Of a DNA stretch of 64,000 nucleotides, positions 48,742-58,406 are shown piece after piece. Every line of letters begins with the position of its first letter. Position 1 is the stretch's first letter. The position numbers and the translations under genes were made by a program. The notes beneath the pieces were generated by a model, which did no database searches, had not been told where the DNA came from, and saw only the letters and a list, made by a program, of their open reading frames with translations. The stretch is from Candidatus Micrarchaeia archaeon (GTDB lineage Archaea > Micrarchaeota > Micrarchaeia > Micrarchaeales > Micrarchaeaceae): assembly GCA_049966715.1 (NCBI GenBank), contig JBMFUB010000001.1, positions 80 to 64,079 of the forward strand, given 5' to 3'.

Positions 48742-50433
48742 TTATTCGTTTTCTATTAATGCACTAATATCAAATTCAAATGCTGCTATTGGATATTTTA
48801 AATTAAAGTTTTCAAGAACAATCGGTGATATTTCACCAATAATTCCAAAATTCTTTTTTATTTTGTCTTTTTTAATTATTATATTTCCAACTCTTCCGTC
48901 AATAAAGCTTCCATGCGTACATTCTTCTAATTCATATTTAATTGTTGATTGTGAGGCGGTTTTCATTATCATGTCCAATGCTTGTTTTATATTGGTAAAA
49001 GTAACTTTTTGGTCCATTATAAGCACAGCAAGCTTCGGTACATTTCTATAACCTGTTTCAGTTCTCTCATCTACTATGCAACTATCATTAAGTTCAAACA
49101 ATTTTATTGGAAGCCCAAAATCCTCATTCGCTTTTGTAGTCTTTAGAAGTTCTGGAATAATCCAAGTTCTAACCGCATTTATTTCGCCTGCTTTTGCATT
49201 TGGAATGTTAATCCATTCTTTACTGTCAATATTCATATATTGGTATTGATACTTTTTATTTGTTAATGAAAATGTAAATGCTTCTGAAAAGCCCATTCCA
49301 ATAAATATTTCTCTAATAAATCTAATGATTTTTGTTTTTGGGAGGAAGCCACCAACAGTCGAAAGTTTAGGTATTTCTGGTTTAAAATTATTAAATTTAT
49401 ATGCTCTTGCGATATCATCAATAACATCTATCGGGTGTAGAATATCAGCTCTATAATAAGGAACATTAATTTCAATTTTATCATTATATATAGAATTAGT
49501 TTTGTATCCCATTTTAGCTAGCAATTCTTTTAATTTGCCTGATTCAATAGATAAATCAAGAATCTCTTTAATATAATTATAATATACTATTAATTTTCTC
49601 TCAGTTATATCTGGTGTAATTATAGAGTTGTTGTTATATTTGATTTCGACAGAATATATATCTGCACCAACATCAATAAAAAGTTTTGTTAGTATCTTTA
49701 TAAGTTGTTCAACTCTTGATTTAACTGTTCCTGTAACTTCGATAAATATTTCTTTTGTATTTTTTTCAACTCTTCCAATATCTGCAGAATTTATTATTGG
49801 CGGCATTGAAAGTATATTATTTTTACTATCTAATAACAACGGATATTCAGCTTTATCTTTAAGTAATGAAGCATATTTAATTCCTGTATCATGTTTTTCT
49901 AGTATTTCAACAGCATTCATTATTTTTTCTGCATTTAATGGTTTAAAAGAAATTTCATTTGGGGATTCTGTAGTATAGTAAATTGGTGCGTTTATTTTAT
50001 CTAAAGGATAAATTCCAATTGCGGCAATTTTTCTATTGCGGCAAAAAGTTTCATGTAATTTTTCCTGAACATTTATTATTTCTTTAAGAAGTAGATCATC
50101 AATATGAAGGTTTTTTGCAACAAATGCAGCAATATATGGTCTTACTGCGTTGACCTTTTTATCAACAAATATTTTTATTTCAGATTTATTTATTTTTGTT
50201 TTTTCTATTTCCTTTTCTTTTGTTAGTCCAAGGTATTTTTTTAATTCAGTCGCAAGTGTAAAGCTAGAGAGAAGGTCTGGCCTATCTGCAGTAATGTCAA
50301 TATATAAATCGTTACCTTCATAGCTATCAAGCTCCATACCAAAATCAAATAATATATCATTCAATTCTTCAATAGTAAAATTTCTTCCAACTAATTTCTT
50401 AAGCTCTGAAAAGTCTGTTTTTAATATTGTCAT
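48742..50433 (-). CDS. pheT: Phenylalanyl-tRNA synthetase beta subunit (archaeal/eukaryotic type)
   Basis: B3/4 and B5 domain layout. The length of about 560 aa is typical of archaeal PheT. It lies immediately downstream of pheS. Confidence 0.92.
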   Translation of the reverse strand: MTILKTDFSELKKLVGRNFTIEELNDILFDFGMELDSYEGNDLYIDITADRPDLLSSFTLATELKKYLGLTKEKEIEKTKINKSEIKIFVDKKVNAVRPYIAAFVAKNLHIDDLLLKEIINVQEKLHETFCRNRKIAAIGIYPLDKINAPIYYTTESPNEISFKPLNAEKIMNAVEILEKHDTGIKYASLLKDKAEYPLLLDSKNNILSMPPIINSADIGRVEKNTKEIFIEVTGTVKSRVEQLIKILTKLFIDVGADIYSVEIKYNNNSIITPDITERKLIVYYNYIKEILDLSIESGKLKELLAKMGYKTNSIYNDKIEINVPYYRADILHPIDVIDDIARAYKFNNFKPEIPKLSTVGGFLPKTKIIRFIREIFIGMGFSEAFTFSLTNKKYQYQYMNIDSKEWINIPNAKAGEINAVRTWIIPELLKTTKANEDFGLPIKLFELNDSCIVDERTETGYRNVPKLAVLIMDQKVTFTNIKQALDMIMKTASQSTIKYELEECTHGSFIDGRVGNIIIKKDKIKKNFGIIGEISPIVLENFNLKYPIAAFEFDISALIENE

Positions 50434-50440
50434 TAAATCA

Positions 50441-51955
50441 TCATAATTCTCTATATTGATAGGATTGTATAAATTCCAATTTACATTCGTTGCCTAATAT
50501 CTCTCTTATATCATTGACATTATACAATATCATTGCAAGTCGCTCAAGCGCCAAACCCCAACCTAAAACAGGTTTGTCAATATTGTAAGGTTTTAGTGCT
50601 TCAGGTCTAAATATCCCACTATTTCCAATTTCGAACCATTTTTTAAAATGTTGATGGTAGTAAAAAATCTCCATGCTCGGCTCTGTATAAGGATTATATG
50701 TTGGTTTAAACTTTAGATTTTTAATCCCAAGCAATTCATAAAACTCTTTTAAGTAGCCCATAAGATTTCTAAGATTTAAACCGTCGCCCACTACAACACC
50801 TTCTATTTGGTGGAATTCTGGAAGGTGTGTTTTGTCAATATTTTCATTTCTAAATACTCTGCCGATATAAAATAATTTTGATGGATTGGCAACTCCCCTA
50901 TATAAATTTCTAAAAGTTGTTGATGTTGTTTGCGTGCGCATCAAAATCTCCTTCGCAATTTCTGGATTCCATAAATATTGATAACCAATTGAACCCGTAT
51001 CACCGCCATTTTCCTGTGCCGCCCTTACCTTTTCAACTACTGATTTTTCCGGTAGCTTTCCTTTCTTATTTAAATAAAAAGTGTCTTGTATATCACGTGC
51101 GGGATGATCTTGTGGTATAAACATACTGTCCATATTCCAAAATGAAGTCTCAATCCACGGGCCTTCAGTCTCTTTAAAACCCATTGCTATAAATGCATCC
51201 ATAACCATATTCATTACATAAATTAAAGGGTGTTTTCTACCTATTATAAAAGGAGGTACTGGAGATGTGATATCATACCTTTTAAATTTTTTATTTTTCC
51301 AAGATTGGTCTCTTATTATATCAGAAGAAAGCAGCTCAATAGTATCTTTTAGATTTTCATTTTTTATTATCTCAAAAATTTTAACTCCTAAATCTGTTAT
51401 TGCGAGTTCATATTCCTCCTCTGTAATTTTTTCAACAAGCCTGCCCAAAAGAGGGATCACTTCTTCTTCATTAACATGTTGTCCTCTTTTTATTTTTTCA
51501 ATAATTTCTTCAATATTTCTTATTTTTTTATCATCCTTGCTTAATAAGCTTAAATATAATAGATTTTGCTTTTCTGTATTAAGAAGTGATAATTTCTTAA
51601 GCGAACCTATTGCAATATTTAATTCATTTCCTTTTATAATTGATTCGACATCTTTTATACTTGCATTATTGTGGTTTAAAAGATAATCAAAAAGCTTTCT
51701 TTCTGGAAGTTTATTAACTAACGCCTCTTCGCCGAGTTTTGTGAGCACATATTTTTCTTCCTTTTTTTTATTTATCTTAGCAATTGCTTTGTTTTCAAGC
51801 CATAAAGAATTTCTTGATACTCGAGCATATTCCCAATTGAGTGATTCTTCTAAAGATTTAAAATTTGCATTTTTAAATTTTGCAAGCTCTACTAAAAGTA
51901 AGCGTTCATCTTTAGAAAGCATTTCAGCAATGTTCTTTAAATTAACATCTGACAT
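50441..51955 (-). CDS. pheS: Phenylalanyl-tRNA synthetase alpha subunit (archaeal type)
   Basis: The class II catalytic core has 'HPARDIQDTFY', 'LMRTQTTSTTFR' and 'FRNENIDKTHLPEFHQIEG', with motif 3 'GWGLALERLAMI'. Confidence 0.95.
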   Translation of the reverse strand: MSDVNLKNIAEMLSKDERLLLVELAKFKNANFKSLEESLNWEYARVSRNSLWLENKAIAKINKKKEEKYVLTKLGEEALVNKLPERKLFDYLLNHNNASIKDVESIIKGNELNIAIGSLKKLSLLNTEKQNLLYLSLLSKDDKKIRNIEEIIEKIKRGQHVNEEEVIPLLGRLVEKITEEEYELAITDLGVKIFEIIKNENLKDTIELLSSDIIRDQSWKNKKFKRYDITSPVPPFIIGRKHPLIYVMNMVMDAFIAMGFKETEGPWIETSFWNMDSMFIPQDHPARDIQDTFYLNKKGKLPEKSVVEKVRAAQENGGDTGSIGYQYLWNPEIAKEILMRTQTTSTTFRNLYRGVANPSKLFYIGRVFRNENIDKTHLPEFHQIEGVVVGDGLNLRNLMGYLKEFYELLGIKNLKFKPTYNPYTEPSMEIFYYHQHFKKWFEIGNSGIFRPEALKPYNIDKPVLGWGLALERLAMILYNVNDIREILGNECKLEFIQSYQYREL

Positions 51956-52292
51956 AAAACCAACAAAATACTATTTAATATATAACAAATATATAAAAAA
52001 TTAATAAAAATATACAAACATACAACAAATTAATATGCAGCAAATTCTATATTTAAATTTATATTTATTATTTACCAAGATTTTTAGAACTTGTGTTTAT
52101 AAATGTACGTGTAAATAAATTCCACTTATTTAAAAAGTTATATAAAAAATATATTTAAATTATATTTTAAATTATAATATAAAAAATAAAATTAAATAAA
52201 TAAATTGTAAAAAGAGAATTACAATATATATAAAAATAAATACGAATAACATAAAGTATAAAATAGTTTGTTGTGAAGTAGTATTGATAGCT

Positions 52293-52775
52293 ATGGATCA
52301 ATTTCCTTTGGATATAGGGTTAACAGAGCTTAGGGGAATTATAAAGATAATAAAAGATAATAACAATACAATATCACTTTCAAAACTTGCCGCAGAAGCT
52401 GGCGGAGAGATTGATACCCTTTTGCCTCTACTCAATGCTGGAAGACTGCTTAATCTGCTAACTATAAACAATGGATTGGTAACTGTTACAGAATCCGGCA
52501 AAGCTTTAAATATAAAAAATATTGCAAATATTATAGGTACTCAGCTTGCTCTGCTTGAACCATTTAAAACAATCTTAGAGGCGCTAAAAGAGGGCAACAA
52601 AACAACAGATGAGCTTGTTGCTAAGCTCGATAGTTCAAATATATCACTAAATGTAGCAGATCCAATTTCAGGTCTTAGAACTCTTCTTATAAAGTGGGGG
52701 GTTAGAGCTAAGCTTGTTTCATATAATAGAAAAGAGGATAAGTGGAGCATCTACAAAATGCAAAATAAGCAGTAA
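52293..52775 (+). CDS. Stand-alone AAA-associated (AAA_assoc_C / COG4754-like) domain protein
   Basis: 'LPLDIGLTELRGIIKII...ISLSKLAAEAGGEIDTLLPLLNAGRLLNLLTINNGLVTVTESGKAL...LIKWGVRAKLVSYN' follows the pattern of the domain normally fused or adjacent to NitT/TauT-type ABC ATPases. It is convergent with such an ATPase. The ATG at 52293 is preferred over the TTG at 52284. Confidence 0.65.
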   Translation: MDQFPLDIGLTELRGIIKIIKDNNNTISLSKLAAEAGGEIDTLLPLLNAGRLLNLLTINNGLVTVTESGKALNIKNIANIIGTQLALLEPFKTILEALKEGNKTTDELVAKLDSSNISLNVADPISGLRTLLIKWGVRAKLVSYNRKEDKWSIYKMQNKQ

Positions 52776-52999
52776 ACGTCATTTATTAATTTACACTTTG
52801 AGATGATTGAATTAATATTTTATTAAGCGGCAAATAAATTTCTTAGATATCAATAAATATATGAAATATGCAAAGTCAATTAATTTTAAAATATAAAGAA
52901 AGCAACAATTTATTTGCATAAAAAATTAGAATTCTGTTTTTATTGTACTTTTCAATATATTTCAAATAAGCAAGTCGTATCTGTGCTATAGAAGCGATA

Positions 53000-53755
53000 C
53001 TATAGGTTCTGCGTGAGCACATTATATATATGGTCAATAGCATTAAAGAAATCTGCACTATGCTTGTTCCTTGGATAGCCCATATTGACATCCATTATCT
53101 CTTTTATATGTGATGGCCTCTGCGATAATATTATAATTTTATCAGAAAGCTCAACAGCCTCTTCGACATTGTGCGTTATCATAATTACTAAACTTATTGC
53201 AATATTAACATTCTTGAGCATTGAGATTATATCTGCGCGGAGAGCCTCTGCGGTAAGCTCATCAAGGGAGCTGAACGGTTCATCCATTAAAAGTACTGTT
53301 GGGTTTGATACTATAGCTCGAGCTATCCCTACTCTTTGGCGCATGCCCCCACTAAGCATGTTTGGATAAGTGTCTTCAAAACCTTCAAGCCCAAAAGTCT
53401 TAAATACCTCCCTCGCTTTTTTATCTTTTTCTTCCTTGCCCATGTCTACTTTAGCCAAGCCTATTTTTACATTTTCTATATTAGTGAGCCATGGCAGCAG
53501 ACCAAAATCTTGAAAAACAAAAGAGATACCAAGAACCGGCTCTGTAATCTCTTTATCATTATAAAAAATCTTTCCGCTTGTTGGTTTTATCAAACCAGCT
53601 ATTATTCTAAGAAGAGTGCTTTTCCCACATCCCGATGGACCTATAATAGAAATAAACCTATCTTTCTCTCCAATAAAGCTTATATTATCTATAATCTTTG
53701 AATTCTCTATCGAATATGTTACATTATCTACTTTTATTATTGGCATATTCTCCAT
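53000..53755 (-). CDS. ABC transporter ATP-binding protein (NitT/TauT nitrate/sulfonate/taurine family-like)
   Basis: Walker A 'GPSGCGKST', Q-loop 'FQDFGLLPW', signature 'LSGGMRQRV', Walker B 'LLMDEPFSSLD', and H-loop 'ITHNVEEA'. Confidence 0.93.
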   Translation of the reverse strand: MENMPIIKVDNVTYSIENSKIIDNISFIGEKDRFISIIGPSGCGKSTLLRIIAGLIKPTSGKIFYNDKEITEPVLGISFVFQDFGLLPWLTNIENVKIGLAKVDMGKEEKDKKAREVFKTFGLEGFEDTYPNMLSGGMRQRVGIARAIVSNPTVLLMDEPFSSLDELTAEALRADIISMLKNVNIAISLVIMITHNVEEAVELSDKIIILSQRPSHIKEIMDVNMGYPRNKHSADFFNAIDHIYNVLTQNL

Positions 53756-53842
53756 CTTAAATTTTTATTAAATTTATTTTACAAGTTATTTATATTTAAT
53801 TACCATATCTGTTTTATATTTATTTTGCTTTAGATTGTTATA

Positions 53843-55447
53843 TTATTTATAAATATTCTCGATTTTATTATAAAAACGCTTCCATAAAAATTTATTTATC
53901 AATATTATCATAATCGTAAAGTTCAGCAAAGCTAACAGCATCAAAACCATATTTCCTGAATCAAGTGCAGTATCCAAAAGCTTGCCTATTCCAATATTTA
54001 CGGATGTTATAACTGAACCGTTTCCAATTGCTGAAGTTGTGAAATATTCTGCAACAATACTTGCATTCCATTCGGCAGCAATTGCAGTCACTGCGCCAGT
54101 AAGCAATCCGGGAATTATTGCATACAAATATATTTTTTTCCATGCAGCAATCCTATTAACACCAAATATTTTTTTTACTTCTAAAATATTGTTTGATATG
54201 TAAGATTTATGTGATAAAATTCCAAAAATAACATACCAAACACCACTCAAGAAAAATATGACAAATGCGACTAATTCATTATGCATTGGTGCATTTTTCA
54301 AACTAACTACAATTATTGGAAGAAGTACTGTAGCAGGTATTGATGCAAGTATCTGAAATGAGGTTATATACATCTCTATTTTTTTTGAAATAAAAATCAA
54401 GTAAATTGAAATAGGAACTGCGATTAACAGTATAATTAGAAATGTAAACCATACTCTTGCGAAAGATGCAAGAAGAGATTCTATGATAATTATTTCATCT
54501 TGTAGAAGAATTATATTAGATGCAATAAATAAAAGAAGAATAGCAGGTATAATAAAATAAAGCAGATTAATATACTTTTTATTCATATTTTTATTATTTT
54601 CTACTCTAGTGAAAATATTACCTATATTTTCATTTTCTTTTTTACTGCTTTTACTCTTTTTATTTCTATTTATGTTGCTTATTATATTATGTGCTTCAAA
54701 AAATCCCACTAATTGTTTATAGGAATTTTCTACATGCTGCATTATCTTTGGTTCTTTATACGAGACATTGTTGAATCTGCTAAAGAATTTTTCTAAAGGT
54801 GCAAAAAAGAAAAGTCTTGTTATTATTACAAATATTATAAAGATTATCAAACCAACAATATAATTTACATAATTGCCGTTCATTGCAAGCTCTGTTAATG
54901 CGACGCCTATTCCATGTTTGACAGAGTAGCTTGAACTAGATATTGAAAATATTTCACTTGTTACTAAATAAAATAATCCTATAGCCCAAGAAAGTGTTGA
55001 TTGCTCCATAACTTTTGGCATACTTGCAGGTATAAAGATTTTGCGCAATCTATCCTTTAAATTCATACCATATAAATCAGCTAGTTCAAATACTTCTCTT
55101 GGCAATGTTTTTATTGATTCATAAACACCAAAGATTATGTTCCAAAGCATACTTGTTAATATTAGGAAAATAACCGCAGCATTAATTCCAAGTGAACCTG
55201 GAATCAAATTTATTACAACAAATATTACAAATGGGAAGAATGTTAGAATCGGAAGGGTTTGCAATATATCTACAATAGGTATTAAAATTTGTTCCGCTCT
55301 TTTGTTAGTACCAACATAAATGCCAATGCTTAATCCGATAATAATTGAGAATGCGAGCGCTATAAACATGCGCGTCCAAGAATAGATTGTGTCAATAATC
55401 AATGCAGCAATAAGCAAAGCCATAAACACACTCATAAAAGATTGCAA
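53843..55447 (-). CDS. ABC transporter permease, tandem-duplicated (two BPD-type permease modules fused)
   Basis: 534 aa with two blocks of about 6 TM helices, separated by a hydrophilic K/N-rich linker. It lies directly upstream of the ATPase. The start is either TTG at 55447 or ATG at 55435. Confidence 0.8.
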   Translation of the reverse strand: MQSFMSVFMALLIAALIIDTIYSWTRMFIALAFSIIIGLSIGIYVGTNKRAEQILIPIVDILQTLPILTFFPFVIFVVINLIPGSLGINAAVIFLILTSMLWNIIFGVYESIKTLPREVFELADLYGMNLKDRLRKIFIPASMPKVMEQSTLSWAIGLFYLVTSEIFSISSSSYSVKHGIGVALTELAMNGNYVNYIVGLIIFIIFVIITRLFFFAPLEKFFSRFNNVSYKEPKIMQHVENSYKQLVGFFEAHNIISNINRNKKSKSSKKENENIGNIFTRVENNKNMNKKYINLLYFIIPAILLLFIASNIILLQDEIIIIESLLASFARVWFTFLIILLIAVPISIYLIFISKKIEMYITSFQILASIPATVLLPIIVVSLKNAPMHNELVAFVIFFLSGVWYVIFGILSHKSYISNNILEVKKIFGVNRIAAWKKIYLYAIIPGLLTGAVTAIAAEWNASIVAEYFTTSAIGNGSVITSVNIGIGKLLDTALDSGNMVLMLLALLNFTIMIILINKFLWKRFYNKIENIYK

Positions 55448-55538
55448 ACAAAAGTATAAAGCACTTTGTACTTTTATTTTTTAATAAGCATTTTAAACAA
55501 ATAAAAAGTAATAAAAATATACCTTTCTATATTCTTGT

Positions 55539-56477
55539 ATGGGTGCGAGTAATAAAAAGATTTTTGGATTTGAAATAGGTGCAACCAAGTTAATAGCAAT
55601 AGTTGGAGATATTTCAGGCAGAGTGTTTTTTAAAGAATATTTAAAGACGCAAAATAATAAAAATAACAATACCTTACTCAATCAAATTAATTATCTTTAT
55701 AATAAACTCCATGAATATTATAATGCAAATTATATAGGGGTAACATTTCCAGCAGCGATAAATAAAAAGAGCATTATTATGTATGCACCAAACTTAACTG
55801 GTTGGGAGCACCGTAATTTGTTAAATAAGTTTAAAAGTAGATTCAAGGAGCAGATATTTATTGAAAACGATGCAAAAGCACAAGCGCTTGCAGAGAAGTT
55901 TTATGGGGCAGGGCGAAAATACAGCGATTTTATATATCTTACTATAGGCACAGGGATAGGGGGTGCTATTTTTATTAATAACAAATTATATAAAGGATAT
56001 AACGGATTTGCCGGCGAATTTGGCCATATGGTTATAGAAAAAAATGGACCTAAATGTGGTTGTGGAAGAAAAGGCTGTTTAGAAGCACTAGCTTCTGGAA
56101 AAGCAATCGCAAAATATTTTACATCAAATAATTTATTAAATAGAAAATTGCATAAATCTAAAATAGAAAGCAAAGATATATTCAATGCATGGAAAAACAA
56201 TGAGGATTATGCAAAACCTATTGTAGAGAAAGCAGCAGAAAATCTTTCTATTGGTATTGCAAATATAGTAAATATTTTTGATCCTGAAGCAATAATTATT
56301 GGCGGTGGTATTACAAAAAACAATGCACAATTTATAGAGCTTATTAAGGCTAGAGTTCTAGATGAGCTCGCTAATTATAAAAGAGATATAAAAATAATTC
56401 GTGCATTAGAAAATACAGTAGAAAAAGCTCCTCTTGCGGTTGTTGCATATAACACATATATAAAAAATATAAAATAA
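55539..56477 (+). CDS. ROK-family sugar kinase (glucokinase-like)
   Basis: 'FGFEIGATK' N-terminal ATP motif, 'NDAKAQALAE', 'GTGIGGAI', 'GFAGEFGHM', and the zinc motif 'CGCGRKGCLEA'. Confidence 0.88.
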   Translation: MGASNKKIFGFEIGATKLIAIVGDISGRVFFKEYLKTQNNKNNNTLLNQINYLYNKLHEYYNANYIGVTFPAAINKKSIIMYAPNLTGWEHRNLLNKFKSRFKEQIFIENDAKAQALAEKFYGAGRKYSDFIYLTIGTGIGGAIFINNKLYKGYNGFAGEFGHMVIEKNGPKCGCGRKGCLEALASGKAIAKYFTSNNLLNRKLHKSKIESKDIFNAWKNNEDYAKPIVEKAAENLSIGIANIVNIFDPEAIIIGGGITKNNAQFIELIKARVLDELANYKRDIKIIRALENTVEKAPLAVVAYNTYIKNIK

Positions 56478-56637
56478 ATTTAGATAATAAATTTAATTTG
56501 ATATTTAAAACATATAGCAAAACAAGTTAAAAAACTATTATAAAATAGAATCGCAATAAATAAATTTATAGAGCTAGTTAAGTTTTATAAATATAAACAA
56601 TTGAGCTTTATTATAATCGAAAGAGGCGTTATAATTA

Positions 56638-56709
56638 CGCCCGAAGCAGGAATCGGACCTGCGACCTACTGGTTAACAGCCAGTCGCTCTACCTCTGAGC
56701 TATTCGGGC
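56638..56709 (-). tRNA. tRNA-Asn (anticodon GUU)
   Basis: Reverse complement: GCCCGAA UA GCUC AGAGGUA GAGC G ACUGG CUGUUAA CCAGU AGGUC GCAGG UCCGAUU CCUGC UUCGGGC G. It folds as a complete 72-nt cloverleaf. No encoded CCA. Confidence 0.93.
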
Positions 56710-57419
56710 TTGAAAAAAGAAAATCCTTCCTTCAAATCTATTATTCTTAAATATAGAAATGTTGTGTCTGTTATTTTATCTGTTTGGGTTATTATGTCAT
56801 TATTATAATCATATCTAAAGAAGCCTTTATTTAAATCAGCATCTTTTAATTCGGAATAATAAAATATGTTACTGTCATCACTTCCAAGTAAAGATAATGT
56901 AGCAATAAAGTATTTATTATTTACTCTAAATCTATAAATCTTTCCAAGCGCATCGGTATCGATAGATTTTGCAATAAGTGCCTTAACCAATGCATCGGGA
57001 TCGTTTACTTTAACCAAAAGCATATTGGTTATTTTTTTCTCTTTAAATATATTTTTTGATAGTTCTACAATTGGTATATATTGAATGTTGTTGGCACCTT
57101 TTTTTATTCCTGAAGATAAACTTATTTCTTCATTCGAAGCCGCATCAGCAGATTTATATGTGAGATACTTACTTGAATCCTTTGCATCTACATCAAAAAA
57201 GAATATTAGTCTTGTGCTATGCAGTTTTGGGCCTAATACAAAAAGCCTTTTGTTATCTGCATTCTTAATTGCAAAAAGAGGCTTTGGTGCACCACTATAA
57301 AATTGTATAGATTTAGCTAAATCTTCTAATGAATAAAGGGAAATAAAACACGCTGAAATTAAATCAGGGTTGGTTTTTTTATCTTTCAAAGTAATCACCT
57401 TAATTAAAGAATTTTCCAA
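56700..57419 (-). CDS. Hypothetical cytoplasmic protein (orphan); its 3' end overlaps the tRNA-Asn 5' end by 10 nt
   Basis: 239-codon ORF whose start overlaps the upstream gene by 20 nt. No motif recognised. Confidence 0.5.
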   Translation of the reverse strand: MENSLIKVITLKDKKTNPDLISACFISLYSLEDLAKSIQFYSGAPKPLFAIKNADNKRLFVLGPKLHSTRLIFFFDVDAKDSSKYLTYKSADAASNEEISLSSGIKKGANNIQYIPIVELSKNIFKEKKITNMLLVKVNDPDALVKALIAKSIDTDALGKIYRFRVNNKYFIATLSLLGSDDSNIFYYSELKDADLNKGFFRYDYNNDIITQTDKITDTTFLYLRIIDLKEGFSFFKPE

Positions 57420-58224
57420 TAATATTCATTATTGCATATGCGGGTGCATAAATAATTGGAAATACCGTAATACCTTCACCAAGTGCCTTATAATCATTTA
57501 ATAATGATGCGCGTATATTAATTTCAACATTTTCACTTTTATGTATTAAAGGACTTGATGAAGAGACAACCGAAATTGATACTGGATAAACGCCCGGTTC
57601 ATCTTCATATATTGGATATTTGAATACTTTTGTCATATGGTGTAATGCTATAACCGTCATATTGTTTTCCCAAGCAGGCAGGCCAACTACACTAATTATG
57701 AAAGGATTATCTGATACCCCTGTATTATTTATTGAGACATAAATAGGGGTCGGCTGGCTAGGGCCTGTCGTAATATTTGTGGGATATATATTTAATTTAA
57801 AAACATCTGTAGTAACATTAATAGATGCATTAAAAGTTATATTTCCAAGCTTTGAATAATTGCCGGTATTGACTGCTTTTAAAGTAAAATTATAAGTTCC
57901 GTTCTTAGCATTACCTGGTACAGATACCTTTATTGATACTAATGCTCTGTTTAGCGGTGAATTTGCAAATAACCAGCCACTTGGTGCTTTAGTTATTAAT
58001 AATTCGTTCCAACCTCTTTCAACCAAAACGCCTGCAGGGTTTGTAGCATTAGAATTTATTGTTATAAAAAAAGTTTGGCCGGGACCAACCTTGCCAAGCG
58101 CGACGTTTTTTCCATTATATATAGTGTAATTAAAAGGCTCAACCATATTAACATATGTGGCACTAGTTAGAGAGATGAATGAAGTAATAAGCATTATATA
58201 AAACACAGATTTTAAAATACCCAT
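57400..58224 (-). CDS. Secreted or cell-surface protein with Ig-like/CARDB-NEW3-like beta-rich repeats (tentative)
   Basis: Signal peptide 'MGILKSVFYIMLITSFISLTSA', many sequons, two beta-rich halves ('GTYNFTLKAVNTG', 'GVYPVSISVVSSS'), and a hydrophobic C-terminus. Confidence 0.5.
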   Translation of the reverse strand: MGILKSVFYIMLITSFISLTSATYVNMVEPFNYTIYNGKNVALGKVGPGQTFFITINSNATNPAGVLVERGWNELLITKAPSGWLFANSPLNRALVSIKVSVPGNAKNGTYNFTLKAVNTGNYSKLGNITFNASINVTTDVFKLNIYPTNITTGPSQPTPIYVSINNTGVSDNPFIISVVGLPAWENNMTVIALHHMTKVFKYPIYEDEPGVYPVSISVVSSSSPLIHKSENVEINIRASLLNDYKALGEGITVFPIIYAPAYAIMNIIGKFFN

Positions 58225-58406
58225 TTAATCAACTATATTATAATATAAATTATTAAATAATAAAGTTTAAAGTTTCTTGTTTTTAAATTTTATATAATAA
58301 TAAATGTAATAAAGTTAAAAAATAATTAATAAATATATTAAATAATATTAATTAAAAATGTTTTTATTCTTTTGGCTTTATTTTAATTTTGTTGAAATAT
58401 TAAAAT

